This document shows positions 38,301-52,156 of a stretch of DNA of 64,000 bases, one piece after another. Source of the DNA: Octopus sinensis (lineage: Eukaryota); contig NC_042997.1 of the NCBI RefSeq assembly GCF_006345805.1, positions 112,220,001-112,284,000 of the forward strand, given 5' to 3'. Position numbers and translations under genes: made by a program. How positions within the stretch are numbered: position 1 is the first letter of the stretch; every line of letters begins with the position of its first letter. Under the pieces are notes generated by a model. The model did not search any database, was not told the origin of the DNA, and saw only the letters and a list, made by a program, of their open reading frames with translations.

Positions 38301-39175
38301 CTGAAGTTAGTGTTGCAAACCATAAGACTATTCGCATCGCAGAACTCCAGCAGCCTGGTTACCTCCTCGTTGCGGGAACCATAACCGTAGCCTCCATGTA
38401 CGCCATGGAAGCCCCCAGCATATCGTCCAACATGCCCATTGAAGTCACCAGCCACAAAGAGAAGGTCCCTGTCATTCGTCAATGAGGTGGTCTGCAGTAG
38501 GGTGTCATAGAAATGGTCTTTCTGTCCATCGGGTAGCTCTGGCTGAGGGGCATAGGCCGATATAATAGTTGCTAAACTATGATGGAGCACTAATCTAATC
38601 TTAAGTATTCTGTCACATACTCTGACTACCTCGATTACCTTATCTACCCATTTTGCGGCGATAAGTATACCCACACCCCCGACCCCATCAGTATTCCCAG
38701 CCCAGAAAATCTTGTACCTCTCTCCTTTGCCTGTGAGGAACCTAGCAGAACCTCCTCTCCACCTCACTTCTTGAATGCAGCATATATCAACACACCTCCG
38801 TTCAAGCAATTCAACGATCTCGCCAGATCTGCCTTTCAGTGTGCCAACGTTGAGGGTGCCAACCCCGATGGTGTGGGAGATATTGGCCCTAGTAGCGTCA
38901 TGAACCTGAAAAGAAAACTCGCGTTTGGCAGGATTCATAGACAAACAATAAAACTCAAGTTCAAACCGCATACACTACACTAACATATCTTGCAATGAAT
39001 GACCACTACCTTTTATGAAAGGAGGTGGGGGTGGTGTAAGACTTTGAAGTGTACATGGGAGACAACAAGGATGAGAAAATTTAGGACTTCCTGTACTGGT
39101 GGAGGGGGCGGGAGGGCGGGTGCACCGCAAAAACTAGCAGCCATGTACGCCATTCCTTTCTTGGAAAGGAATACT
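35378..39175 (-). mobile_element. Near full-length RTE LINE (APE endonuclease + RT + 3' UTR), inactivated
   Basis: 38087-38971 encodes an APE domain (GTLNVGTL, CIQEVRW, AGDFNGHVG, SQIDYIL, PQHRLV). RT ORFs follow with frameshifts, then the 3' UTR and GAT tail at 35378-35760. Confidence 0.95.
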
Positions 39176-39382
39176 TATTAGTAGGTATGAAATACCTAAA
39201 TTTGAGAGAGAGAGATATTTTGCAGATTTATGGGAGATGCGTGAGCTATATTTATCTTAGCGATAAGGAGCTATAAAATTATAAATATATTTATTCTATA
39301 TTTAACGAGATGTGAGGCTGATCGATAAAATTAGGGGGTGAGCTATAGGATTATATATATATTTAACACAAGACATGAGACA

Positions 39383-39425
<43 letters not shown>

Positions 39426-39439
39426 CTTTAATAACTCAA

Positions 39440-41490
39440 TAGCACCACCTGGCGAAGTCTTTTAGTGATATATGGAGCACCACAACCCACTCTAACAAAG
39501 AGTTATTATTGTTGGAGACATATCCAGGTGTAAGAGGTTGGTCCGAGATTTTGTGAAGAAATTTGTCCAGTGAACATTTGAATTTTATGGGATCCATTTC
39601 TGTTTTGACGTATTTTGGTATGGTATTAAAGAGAGCTGGACCAGTTGAGGTAAAGGAATTGTGATGTAATGTTGCTATGTGTACCAAGTTCGATTTTTGT
39701 AGTGAGCGGATAACATGGAAGTCTAGTCTTGGATGGATTTTAAAATTGATGCCAACATCATTTGTGCAATATTGATGGAATATTTTTCACATAACACAAA
39801 TGATGTAATGCGCCCGGTGGCATTGGAAAGAGAAGAGATTGATTGTTTTTAGTCAACCCAAATAATCAATGTCTCTCATGCCATCTATATTTCTTATTGT
39901 GAGCCTCTGGAGTGCTACTCTCATAATGAATTGTTTCATATGGGGGGACCACAGTGGGCAACAGTACTCAAGGTGGAGTTGGGCAAAAGTAGAGTAGAGA
40001 AGGATGATGGTGCAGGCATCTCTAGACCAGAAAGTTCTCAGAATCCAGGAGCACATCTTGTGGGCCAAGTCAACCTTGCTGTTTACATGGGAACTCCAGC
40101 TTAGATTGTTATCAAGGTCTCTAGTGTTGTTGGATGACACTAGGGAGTCACCCAAGGGAAGGACATATGGTAGTTTCAGAGCATCCTCTTTTCCAAAGAA
40201 GATCAAATTAAACTTATCTTCATTTAAAAGCATATTGTTTTTTCCACTCATTGGACAGTAGCAAATAGATCTGACTGAAGGCATGTTCGGTCTCTCATGC
40301 CATTTATGGCTTTCTGGAGTTTGGAATCATCTGTAAAGATTTTCAATGTAGAATGTTTGATGACGTCTACTATGTCATTGATTAAATGATGAAGAGGAGT
40401 GGGCCCTACACAGTACTGACTTTGGTTGAGCTGGATCGTATTCCCTCAAACACAACATGTTAGGTTCTGTTCGTCAGGAAACACTTCATCCACTGCAGCA
40501 GCTTTCCATGGACTCCAATGTTGGACAGTTTCTTCAGCAGGATTTTGTGGTCCATTCTGTCAAATGCCTTGCGGAAATCAAGGTATATGATATCAGTGTT
40601 GGAGCCTTCTCCCAATGCTTTTAAGATGTCATCAAAATGGTGCAGAAGCCGCGACAGACAGTCCCTGCCATGACAGAAACCATGCTGGTTGGAGTTCAAC
40701 AGATTGTTGTCTTTGAGGAAGTGAGTTATTCACGATCTCACCACCCTCTCAAATACTTTAATGATATGAGAAGTGAGTTAAATCAGACAGTAGTTCACTG
40801 GAAGAGATTTGTTTCCCTTTTTGAAGACTGAAATGACAGACTGGAAAAGAAAATGATCAGGAATGTAGCCTGCATGAAGTGAGTTTCTCTAGCGCTCAGC
40901 TAGTGACTTCAGGATAGTGGCTAGGAACTTATCGGGACCTACTGCTGAGTTGCGCTTGATCTTATCTATTTCTCTTAGGATATCAGCAGCACCAAAAGTT
41001 ATGTCAGATATGGTTAGTTGAGGGTTTACATCACTGATACTAGCCAGATCAACCACATTAGCGTTACTGAAGACAGAGCAGTATTGTTTCTGCAATATCT
41101 CACACAAGGATTTTGCATCATCATGTAGAGTGTTGTTCTCATCAACCAGAGGACCAACAGTGGAAACGGCGTCTTTATGTGTTTTTGCAAATGAAAAGAA
41201 CATTTTGAGATTGAGTTTTATTTTCTCAATGGCCCAACTCTCCTCAGCTGCTCTTTGACTGTTAATGATGGTCATCACACTTTTTTGGAGGTCGTGTTTT
41301 TCCAATTCAAGTGATGCAATGGCAGTCGAATGGGTGAGTTGCTGCTGGCAGTATTTAAGTTGGTTGATTTTCTTGTTAATTGTTTTTATTTTTCTGATAA
41401 TTGCTCTTCTATTTCTAGGGATTCTGCACTTAGATTTGTATACTGATCTTAATGGTATATGTTTTGTGCATATGTGTCATTGTATCTACA
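39440..41490 (-). mobile_element. CR1/L2-group LINE RT fragment
   Basis: NQHGFCHGRDCLSRLL…IYLDFRKAFDRMDH…LLQWMKCFLTNRT and LHLEYCCPLWSPH motifs. Confidence 0.85.
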
Positions 41491-41672
41491 AACGTCTGCC
41501 ATGATGTGTTTATGTTGGAGGGGGTGTGTGCATGCATGAAGGCCCAATCAACTTGTGAAAGATCATGATTGACTGCATCCCAGACTGTGTTAAGAAGATC
41601 CATAGTGTCAAATGGATGGACTGAAGAGATGTTACTGGATTTGATCTTTGGTTGGTAGAATCTCAGATTGCT

Positions 41673-42510
41673 GAGAACCATGTCATGTGTTTGCGTGTCC
41701 ATGTTTGTGTGTGCATGCATGTGTTTGTATATGTATGCACCTCTGTCTCCTTGTGTGTGTTTTGCAACTATGTACCATGTTTGTATATATGGATGTGCAT
41801 CTCCATATGTGTGGACACACGTCTCCATATGTGTCCTTGTGTGAAGTAAAGTGTGTGTGTGTGTGTATATATGGTCATGTATTTCAGTCTCCATTTGCAT
41901 ATGTGTGCTTGACTGTTCATATAACCTATGTACCTATACGTCTGTATATCTTCATATCCATATGCTTCCATACATATGCATATATACATATATACATACA
42001 CCCAATACTAAATAGGAAATATACATAATAGATATCATACCCCCATACCCACAGTTTACACAGGTAGAATAGTTAGAGTAGAATAGTTAGTGGGCTGTTA
42101 TGTAGATAGATGTATGTATGTGTGTGAGTGTGGGTGTAAGTATATATGTGTATATGCACATGTATGTAAGCATATGGATATGAAAATATACAGACGTATA
42201 GGTACATAGGTTATATGAACAGTCAAGCACGCATATGCAAATGGAGACTGAAATACATGACTATATATACACACACACACACTTTACTTCACACAAGGAC
42301 ACATATGGAGACATGGGTCCACACATATGGAGATGCACATCCATACATACAAACATGGTACATAGTTGCAGAACACACACGCACAAAACACACTCAGACA
42401 TGCACACACAAGGAGACAGAGGTACATACATATACAAACACATGCACACACACACACACACACACACATACATAAAAAACACACAAACATGGACACGCAA
42501 ACACATGACT
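41673..42510. repeat. Long inverted duplication of low-complexity sequence
   Basis: 41673-41995 is closely reverse-complementary to about 42125-42510. Confidence 0.85.
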
Positions 42511-42814
42511 ATGCAGAATACACACATACATATATACATATGCACACACACATATATGCATACACACACATGTATGCATGCATAGGCACACACACTGACC
42601 CACACACATGCGCACAAACAAACAAAAAAGAATACAGTGTAAATAACGGACAGAGTCAAGACTTTTGAAAAGGTTGCAAGATGCAACAAAAATTTTAGGA
42701 GAATAAAAATAAGAAATCAGTGGAAATTTTACCGGTGAGTGTGTTAAATTATAAGGCACAAACAGAAAATGACTCTCCCCAGACACAACAGTATATTTAT
42801 ATATATATGTGTGT

Positions 42815-43525
42815 GCGTGTTAAATAAAATGACAACAGAGCCAAGGTAGAGTGAAATTTCTAGGACCTTTATAAAGAGAGAGGTAGTCTTACAGCTGTTT
42901 CAGAGATATAAAGGATTTCCCTTCATCAGAGACGATATGAGAGAGTTAAATGGAAGGGAATAGTAGAGTTCAATATAAAGAGTTATACTGGAAAGGGAGA
43001 GATATAGGAAAGATAAAGGGAAATATGAGAATAAAAATAAAGATATATGTTGGATGTTACAGTTGCAGTTCCATTATCCAAGGAATGTGTTGTGTAGAAT
43101 GGGTAAAGAAGCTTCTTACCTATTGTGTGTAAATTCCAGTAGGTGTTCATATTTTGTTATTACAAATGGATACTGTGCAGGTAATAACAAAATATGAACA
43201 CCTATTGGAATTTACACACAATAGGTAAGAAGCTTCTTTACCCGTTCTACACAGCACATCCCTTGGATAATGGAACTGCTACTGTAACATCCAACATATA
43301 TCCTTATTTTTATTCTCATATTTCCCTTTATCTTTCCTCTATCTCTCCCTTTACAGTATAACTTCTGATATTGAACGTTACTATTCCCTTCTATTTAACC
43401 TTCTCATATCGTCTCTGATGAAGAGAAATCCTTTATATCCATGAAAAAGCTGTAAGACTACCTCTCTCTTTATAAAGGTCCTAGAAATTTCACACTACCT
43501 TGGCTTTGTTATCTCATTTTATTCA
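42815..43525. mobile_element. Head-to-head inverted dimer of a Penelope-like pLTR fragment
   Basis: Arms 42815-43167 and 43181-43525 are reverse complements, and each carries a hammerhead motif. Confidence 0.8.
42885..42933 (-). ncRNA. Minimal type-I hammerhead ribozyme motif (intact core)
   Basis: gtct-CTGATGA-aggga…tctct-GAAA-cagctg-TA-agac. The partner at 43411-43459 (+) has a C>A change in stem III. Confidence 0.8.
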
Positions 43526-43677
43526 ACATATACACACTCACACACAACCCACGTTAGACTCCTCACTCATACTATTGTCGAACCGGGAGTTTAACAGCGG
43601 TCCTTCCATGGCACTTACATAGCCTTACCTGCCTTGTGGGTCTTCTGGATACCAAAACCTCTCGTATATATATATTC

Positions 43678-44067
43678 TTTTATTTGTTTAAGTCATTTGA
43701 CTGTGGCTATGTTGGAGCACCACCTTTAGTTGAACAAATCAATGCTAGGACTTATTCTTCGTAAGCCTAGTACTTATTCTATCGATCTTTTTTTGCGGAA
43801 CTGATAGGTTACAGGGATGTAAACCCAGCAATATCAGTTGTCAAGCGATGGTGGGGGAACAAACACAGACACACAAACACACACACACACATAAAAACAC
43901 ACAACAGGCTCCTTTCTGTTTCCGTCTACCAAATCCACTCACAATGTTTTGATCGGCCCAAGGCTATAGTGCAAGACACTTGCCCAAGGTGCCATGAAGT
44001 GGAACTGAACCCGGAACCATGTGGTTGGTAAGCAAGCTACTTATCACATAGCCACTCCTGCACCTAT
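43678..44067 (-). mobile_element. SINE family A
   Basis: Homologous to 9951-10345. Confidence 0.85.
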
Positions 44068-44469
44068 GATATATATATATATATATATATATATAGATAG
44101 ATAGATAGATGTATAGTTATATATATATAATAGCAGCTCCTTTTATATAATAATAATAATGAGCTTATACATTACTATTATTAACACTTTATTACACACA
44201 CACTTCGTTTTAATATCCATCCTTCCATGCTTGCATATATATACATCTACACTAACCTCCTTTGTGTTCTCACTGTCCTTCTCATGCATGAACAGGTGCT
44301 AGCTCTGTAGAAGTAACGCACCATATTTTGCAAGTGATGGCCTGGTTTTGTGGGAGAGGTGGGACAGTTTCATGTGAGATAGGTGACAGCTGCGTAGGCA
44401 GGATGGGCGTTATTATGAGCAAAGTCTGTTAGGAGGGCAGTAGGGATAAAAGGTATTATTAGAAAAAGG

Positions 44470-46210
44470 TGGTGCGCTGACAGAATTGTTAGCATGCTGG
44501 GCAAAATGCTTAGCAGTATTTCATCTGTCTTTACATTCTGAGTTCAAATTCTGCTGAAGTTGGTTTTGCCTTCTATCCTTTTGGGGTCGATAAATTAAGT
44601 AAAACTAGAATTGGTGCTATCAACTTACTCCTCCCCTAAAATTATTGGCTTTGTGCTAAAATTTGAAAGCAGTGCCATTGTTATTATCATTATTATTAAG
44701 GTAATGAGCTCTTAATGCTTCAGAGAGAATACTTCAGAGATAATGCTCCACTGGATGTATAATGTCAATGTGTATACACAACAGAGTGTAAGCACCCTGA
44801 GAGAAAAGTTGGACATAAGAAGCATCAGATGTGATATGCAAGAGTGACGACTGCACTGGTATGATCATCTGCTGTGTATGGATGAGGATAGCTGTGTGAA
44901 AAAGTGCCATACTCTAACACAGGAGGGAACATGTGGAAAGGATAGACTGAGGAAGACCTTGGATGAGGTGGTGAAGCATGATCAACAAATGGGCCTCACA
45001 GAGACAAAGACAAGTGACTGAGACCTTTGGAGATATACTGTGCTTGAGAAGACTCGGCAAGCTGAGTGAGGCTGTAGCTGTGGCTTATGTCAGTGTCACA
45101 TAACTGGCCCATTTAAGAGTACCCTTCAATCATTGGGCAATAAACTGTGCTTGAGGAGACCTGTTGGGTCAAGTGAAACCATTGTTGGAGTTGATTCCAG
45201 TACTGCATGACTGGCACCCTTGCTGGTGGCATGTAAAAAGTACCATTCAAGCATGGTCAGTGCCAGTCCCAACAGATTGGCTCTCGTGTTAGTGGCATGT
45301 AAAAAGCACCATTTGATCATGGTCACTGCCAGTGCTGCCTGACTGGCCCCTGTGCCAGTGACACGTAAAAAGCATCCACTACAATTTCTCGGAGTGGTTG
45401 GCGTTAGGAAGGGTATTCAGCTGTAGAAACCTTACCAGATCAGGTTGGAGCCTGGTGCAGCCTCCTGGCTTGCCAACCCTCAGTCAAACCATCCAACCCA
45501 TGCCAGCATGGAAAGCAGACGTTAAACGAGGATAATGATGATGACGATGATTCCTTCTGGCTCTTTACAGTCTGAGTTCAAATTCTGCCAAGGTCAACTT
45601 TGCCTTCTATCCCTTCAGGGTTGATAAATTAAGTGCCAGTTATGCACTGGGGTTGATGCAATTGACTTATCCCCACCCCCAAAATTTCAGGCTTTGTGCC
45701 TATAATAGAAAAGATAGTTATTATCATTATTATTAAGGTAACAAGCTGTTAGTGCATCAGAGAAAGTACTTAGCGCTATTTCTTCTGGCTCTTTACATCC
45801 TGAGTTCAGATCCCACCAAAGTCAACTCTGCCTTTCATACTCTTGGGGACAATAAAATAAACTATTAGTCAAGTACTGGGGTCAGTGTAATCAACTAAGT
45901 CCCTCCTCTTAGAATTACTGGCCCTGTACCAAAATTTCAAGTAATAATTATCAACAGAATTATTAATTTCAAATAATAATTATTGACATTATTATTATTT
46001 CTTAGAGGGTTAGATGGCAGAATTGTTACTGTATCTGCTAAAATGCTTTGTGACAATTTCCCCAGCTCTTTACATCCTGAGTTCAAATTCTGCAAAGGTT
46101 GAATTTACTTTTCATTCTTTCAGGGTCAATAAAATAAGTTGAGCGCTGGGGTTGATGTACTCCCCTAAAAATTGATGGCCTTATGTTAAAATTTGAAACC
46201 ATTATTATTA
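44470..46210 (+). mobile_element. Cluster of SINE B copies plus an RTE 3' fragment (44715-45550)
   Basis: Repeated ctgagttcaaattctg…gcctttcat…aagtaccag motifs, with an RTE tail and GAT repeat between them. Confidence 0.75.
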
Positions 46211-46589
46211 TTTCTTTAGTAGGTTAATAAAGAAAAGAGTTTCATGTGAGTTTCTACTGCATCACCTGGTGCCCCCTCCATGTTCCTGAGGTGTATGCAG
46301 CATTGTGTTCTTATTTTTATGGAAATTTGGGAAGAATAGACTCCTCCTGTTTTTTTGCACTGCACCGTTTTGTTTTGTCATGGGGTTCAGTTTATTGTTT
46401 CATGTTATATTACTTTTCTGTTTTGTGAAGTGTTTAATGTAGGTCATGTTATCTAAATTAGGTATTAATCTTGTATATATTGTATGAATTGTGTTGTTTT
46501 AGATTATTAGATGCTTATTGTATAAGGTGTGTGTTATGTGTGAAGATGGTTCTATTTGATCTAGTCTATTGAGTTATGCACTGTTCTAT

Positions 46590-46830
46590 TGAATCGATAA
46601 TGCCTTGCATAAGGTGGAGGCTGTTCCTAGCGAGCTTATTATTTTTTTGGAAAGTGTGTAGTTTGTGAGCCCTGGTTTCTTTTCATATTTTTTCAATCAA
46701 GCCTAATGCTCCAATTACTAGTGGTATTCTTTTCCCCCTCACACATCACATTTTGAATATTTTAATCTCAAGGTCCTTACATTTTGATAGTTTTTCCACT
46801 TCTTTTCAGGCAACATTTTCATCAGAATGG
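46590..46830 (-). mobile_element. RLE-type non-LTR 3' fragment (R4/NeSL/Hero-like)
   Basis: KEVEKLSKCKDLEIK…IPLVIGALG…LGTASTLCKALS on the minus strand. Confidence 0.65.
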
Positions 46831-46923
46831 ATTGTGATATCTATGCATGTGTTTATTTTACAATTTTATTATTGTTTGGAGGGTTTGCTTTGATTTCTTT
46901 CTTTGTTTTGACAAGCAGCTCCC

Positions 46924-46978
<55 letters not shown>

Positions 46979-46989
46979 TCATATACACT

Positions 46990-47545
46990 TAACAGATTAG
47001 ACTGCTGGAAAAGAAATATTTCTAACATTGGGCTTCAAGTTATCCTCTTAAGTATCCTAGCTGTCCCTAATAACACTGTTTTCTGGGGCTGTACTAAACT
47101 GGGTTTAATGTCTATTTCCTGTATCCATCTGTTTAAATCTTCGGGGATAATTCCTAATGCATCTATAACTACTGGGATACATTTAACCCACTCTTTCCAT
47201 AATCTCTGTAATTCAATGGCTAGGTCCTAGTACTTTGCTATTTTCCCTATACCTCTCATATTGACTTTCACATCATTTGGGACTGTAAAGTCAATTATCT
47301 GGCACTTTCTATTCTCTTTATCTACTACTACTACTACTACTGCTGCTGCTGCAGCTGCTGCTACTACCACCACCACCACCATCACCTCCTCCTCCTCCTC
47401 CTCATGCCTTCTAGCTTCCATTACTCTGTCAGTCTGAATGTTAAAGTCTCACAACATCTTATATTTTTTACTTTCTAGTACTTTACTAGGTTCGTGTTCA
47501 TACCATTTATTGGTATGTTCAAATCCTAGCTTTCTACATAACTCC
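46990..47545 (-). mobile_element. Second RLE-type non-LTR 3' fragment
   Basis: KMLWDFNIQTDRVMEARR…VDKENRKCQIIDFTVPND…KIAKY*DLAIELQRLW…LLGTARIL. Confidence 0.75.
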
Positions 47546-47574
47546 CATTATTATTATTAGTATCATAAAGGGAT

Positions 47575-48420
47575 GTGTTCTGCTTGTCAGACAGTCCATC
47601 TACTGTCAACACCTGTTGAGTAAAGGACTGAGCATGCCATAGCTAATGATGCACAGGCATGCACAGAGACTGCGATATCTCCAGCATTCTCTTAACAGTG
47701 AGCAGGTGTGGTCGCCATTTCTCAAACAGTATTTTCCGCAGCTTATCTCATTGATGGAGCTACAGTCCTGAATCAAGCATAGACCAAGAAAGGGCACTTG
47801 GCACCTGGAGTGCCAGCAAGCACTCACAGCTTTCTGCCTGTTGAGCAACGCGGTCTGTGGAAGTTCCATTATGGACTTCTACAGGGGACTAGTGACAGGC
47901 AAGAGCGACAATGTTCTCGGGGAAACTCTGGGGGTCAGGAGGGGTCAATTAATTGGTCTTTTCTGGAGGACTTTCAGGCCAAGGCCTATGGATAACTTCC
48001 AGAAATTCCTGATCTGGCAGTGCCACTGGGGAGCTCTGCTGGTTTGAGACAAACTCTACAGACACAGAAGTGCCATTTAGTCAGACCTCTCTGTGGTGTG
48101 TGCAGGGCAATAAAAGCATCCTGCATACACTCGTCCAGTGTCCATGCATTACTGACTTGCAGAGCTTTGTCAAACAGCTGTTGTCATATGTAGGATAGAT
48201 CAAGTTATCAGCCACATCCATTGTGAGGATTGTCCTGCTGCCTTCCTTTGGCCTGGAGGGAAAGACAGTTTTCCTCAGCCTGGTGGCTATGGCAAAAGAG
48301 GTAGTGTGGTGGACGAGGCTGAAAAGACTGAAGACAGATACTTTCCTCTTTGGTCAAGCCCTCATCAATTTTTACAAGTTCCACTTGAAAAGGAAAGTGA
48401 GGGTGGAGAGGGCAGTACAA
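47575..48420 (+). mobile_element. L1/Tx1-clade ORF2 C-terminal fragment
   Basis: FLIWQCHWGALLV*DKL…HTLVQCP zinc-knuckle region and LINFYKFHLKRKVRVER terminal motif. Confidence 0.65.
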
Positions 48421-48424
48421 ACCC

Positions 48425-48705
48425 GGACCTATGCTTAAAATCAGACCCATAGTATCAGGAATTAATGGTCCTTTCTATAAGATTTATTGGCTCCTCTCTA
48501 AACTCCTCAAGCCCTTACTACACGCATACCCCGGACACATCAGCAGCTCCCACGAAATCTTCACAAGACTCAAAGATGTCGACCCCTCCATACTTAAAAC
48601 AAACAAATACCATTTTAGTTTAGACGTAATTTCCCTCTACACCTCTGTACTCACTCTCCTGGCTGCTGATATCCTCATAGACCACATCATGTCTTTATCT
48701 CTCCC
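48425..48705 (+). mobile_element. Penelope-like RT fragment
   Basis: IRPIVSGINGPFYKIYWLLSKLLKPLL…HI…FSLDVISLYTSV. Confidence 0.8.
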
Positions 48706-50069
48706 CACACCTCCAGAACTGTGTGGTTGGGAAGCAAGCAAAATATGTTAGGTGTAACTAGTCAGGAGATAAGCTGAGAAGAGAGGAACATTTTTTAGTT
48801 TAAAAAATTTTTTTGCTTATTGAGATCTAAAGGAAGGGACAGTGCTCCTAACCTTTAGATATTGTTTGAGACTGGAGAGCTTGATGCCACGAATTTTATG
48901 TTTGAACTGTTCTTCATTCAATATGTTTATCCTCTCACCCATTCCCCATCTTTCACTCTCCCAATACACCTGTGCAAACTCTACCCTCTCACACTCTAAG
49001 TTCTGTTACCTCTGCCATCCATTTACATCTTCACATCTCATTTGTTGAGAGTCTACACAAATGCTTTATCACAACTATTTTTATGTCTTCTCCAATCATT
49101 TCTCACCTGCTCTTCTAAAATGTGTAATGTGAGTTGCAAGGTTTTATTCTGGCCCCTTCTCTCATAATCTTACCTTTTGTCTGCTAACATAAAACTGCCC
49201 CTCCTAGGGTGCATAGTCTTGCAAGCTGTATAGTGACATTGTTAGTGCTGACAGCATGAAAAATGCAGCCATGCTGCAAAGTGTTTGGTGTTATGAAGGA
49301 CACCTAGGTGTAGAAACCATGCAACATTCCACATTAACTACATGAGACGACCTTTCCACCTGCCTACCTTCATTAGCCCACACTAATGGCTGTGTAAAAT
49401 ATGGGAGATTTTTTCCGATATTATATACAGCCATTGGTGGGGTGCTAGTGAAGCTAGCCAAATAGTAATGATAACATCATGTAGCTACTGTGTTGTTTTT
49501 GCTTTTTTAATTGGATCCCGTGTTTTTACTGCTCTAAGCACCTTGTCAAAGACTGATGCTAAAGCTCATACTCTATTTAGGTGTTGTTTGCCCTCATTAT
49601 TGGTTCTGTGGCACAAACTTCAAGAAGCTGCAAGTGAAAGTCTCTTTCATGAGATCAAATGCCAACATTCAGCGCAGAGGACTTTAGCATTACATGTAAG
49701 TCTGACCTTTGACCTTGAAGCATGCAAACAATTAATTGGTTTATTGGGTCACTTTTTGAATTGTTATGTCGAAGAATGTTACTGTCTTGATATGGGTGTC
49801 ATCATTGTTTTAACATCCAATCTAATATTGCTTGCATGGGTCAGATGGAGTCTGTTGAGGTAGATTTTCAATGGATGGATGCCCCTTCTTGTTGCCAACC
49901 CTCACCTATTTCCAACCAAGGTAGTATTTCCTCTTGGCTAGACATGTTTTTTCACAGAATATTGGAAATGAATGGCATTGCTTGTATGCCATTCACACTC
50001 ATTTACAATTTCCATGTGATTGTGATGTTCAGACAAGGAGACACAAACATACACACACCGCCCTCCCCC

Positions 50070-50149
<80 letters not shown>

Positions 50150-50162
50150 ATAATAAATAAAT

Positions 50163-50409
50163 ATGCCCTTTTAAAGCCTAGCCAAGCTCATGGGCCCGGT
50201 TTCCTGGTTTCAATGGCATATGTGTTCCCCAGCTGGATGGGATGTGAGTCCATAGCAGCGTTACTCATTTTTGCCAGCTGAGTGAACTGGAGCAACATGA
50301 AATGAAGTGTTTTACTCAAGAACACAATGCATCGCCCGGTCCAGGATTCGAAACCACAATCTTACGATTATGATGCTGACACCTTAACCACTAAGCCACA
50401 CGCCTCCAC
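50163..50409 (-). mobile_element. tRNA-derived SINE family C (second copy 59915-60150)
   Basis: Head gtggaggcgtgtggcttagtggttaagg…ggtttcgaatcctggacc followed by a ttgtgttcttgag…aaacacttcatttcac domain. Confidence 0.8.
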
Positions 50410-50551
50410 TATATATACATACAAGTATGGTGATGTAAACAGGAAAAATAGAATTCAAAATATGAGTATATGTATATTTTTATTAATATTTAGCAGAAGC
50501 AATAGAGTTGAGAATTTCATGTATTGGAACTTATCACAATTTTATATATAT

Positions 50552-51067
50552 ACTAGCAGTATCACCCGGCGTTGCTCGGGTTTGTAAGGGAAATAACTAT
50601 ATAAGCATTTTTAGAGAGTTACTTCCCTTATAGATGCGAATTCGGGCTTTCTTAGCCATTTCTGTTTTGGTGTCTTCAAGCTATGAAGTCGTTGTTCTAA
50701 AAGAACGCTGGTCTCCTTGACAACGCTTTACGACGTTGATTTCCTTACACTCCCTTCCCCACAACTTCACGAGGGAGGGAAGAAAGGGAGAAGCAAACAG
50801 GTGCAGGTGTGACCATGAACGCCAACTCCGCTGCCATCGACACACGAAAAATTATGCATTAAAATGGAATAAAAAATGATGTTAAATTATTTTTAAAATC
50901 GTAGACTCATCGTAGACGCGCGCTAATACTCAGACGGGCTCGATATGAATCACGACTATAAGATACCCGAATTTGGTTAAACTGCACCGCAAAATGTGGG
51001 AGTAGTTAGGAATCTAAATCGAAGGGGACAGACACTCACACAACTACAGTTTTATATATATATAGAT
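50552..51067 (+). mobile_element. HINE-like element, near-identical to 5050-5560
   Basis: Colinear over the whole length with few differences. Confidence 0.75.
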
Positions 51068-52156
51068 ATATATATATCATCATCATCATCATTTAATGTC
51101 CATTGTCCATGCTAGCATGGATTGGATGGTTTGACCAGAGCTGGCAAACTGGAGAGCTGCACCAGGACCCAATCTAATTTGGCATGGCTTCTATGGTTGG
51201 ATACCTTTCCTAACACCAACCGCTTTACACAGTGTGCTGGATGCTTTAATGTGGCACTCCATGCGTGCTTTTATGTGGCACCAGTATGAAAGGCAAACTC
51301 GACCTTGGCAGAAATTTAATTCAAAATGTAGCGGCAGACAAAATACCACTAAACATTTCGCCCGGCATGCTAACGATTCTGCCAGCTCACCACCTTAATG
51401 AGGAGGATAGTTTATCTCTCTCTGCCACATGAAGTATGCTTTTTACTATAGATGCAAGGCCTGAAATTATAGGGAGAGGCTAGTGAATTATATCGACCCC
51501 AGTGCTCCACTGGTGTTTCTTTCTTCAACCCTGCGAGGATGAAAGGCAAAGGTGATTTCAATAGGATTTATACTTAGAATGTAGAAGTGCTTTTTACATG
51601 GCACCATCACATGACTCTTGCAGGCCAATCTTCTTCACCAGGGGGAGTAGCCTTAATACTTCTGCTGGGGAGTATAGGTCTCCTTGAATACAGCAAGGCA
51701 CCAGCCATCTCAGTCCTTTGTCATTTCATCTGAAGTCGTCCTTCAGTACTATATGTGTGTGTGTTGTGATAATGATGGCTGTCCATTCATAATCACAGAA
51801 GACCATCACTGACCATTGCCCATGCAAAAAGCCAGCAATGCCTGTGTATGAGGTTAATGTACTAGCAGTTGGCTTTGTGTCCACAGCTTCCATGCTCCCT
51901 GTGGAGCCCTACTATTCAATCAGGCATCAGAGAGTCGCCTTGCTGGTGATTGCACAACCGAAAATTTTGGGTCCAATAAGGTTAGCACAGCACCTCATAA
52001 TTCCATAATTCAGAGATAAGCCAGTGCTAGATATCTAGTGCCAATAAGCATCACAGGCTCAAGAATGTGGGAGTGCCATGGCCTCAAGCACAAGCAAAGA
52101 TCCTCAAGATATTCAATGCCATTCCTTGCATATTTGGTTTTATATCAGTGACCTTC

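Noticed and set aside
35378-39175. Active autonomous RTE
   Set aside because: ORF2 is broken by frameshifts and stops between the endonuclease and RT segments.
39000-39180. HDV-like ribozyme in the RTE 5' UTR
   Set aside because: Only a 9-bp hairpin (39152-39172) is evident, and I could not build the nested double pseudoknot by eye. A descriptor search would be needed.
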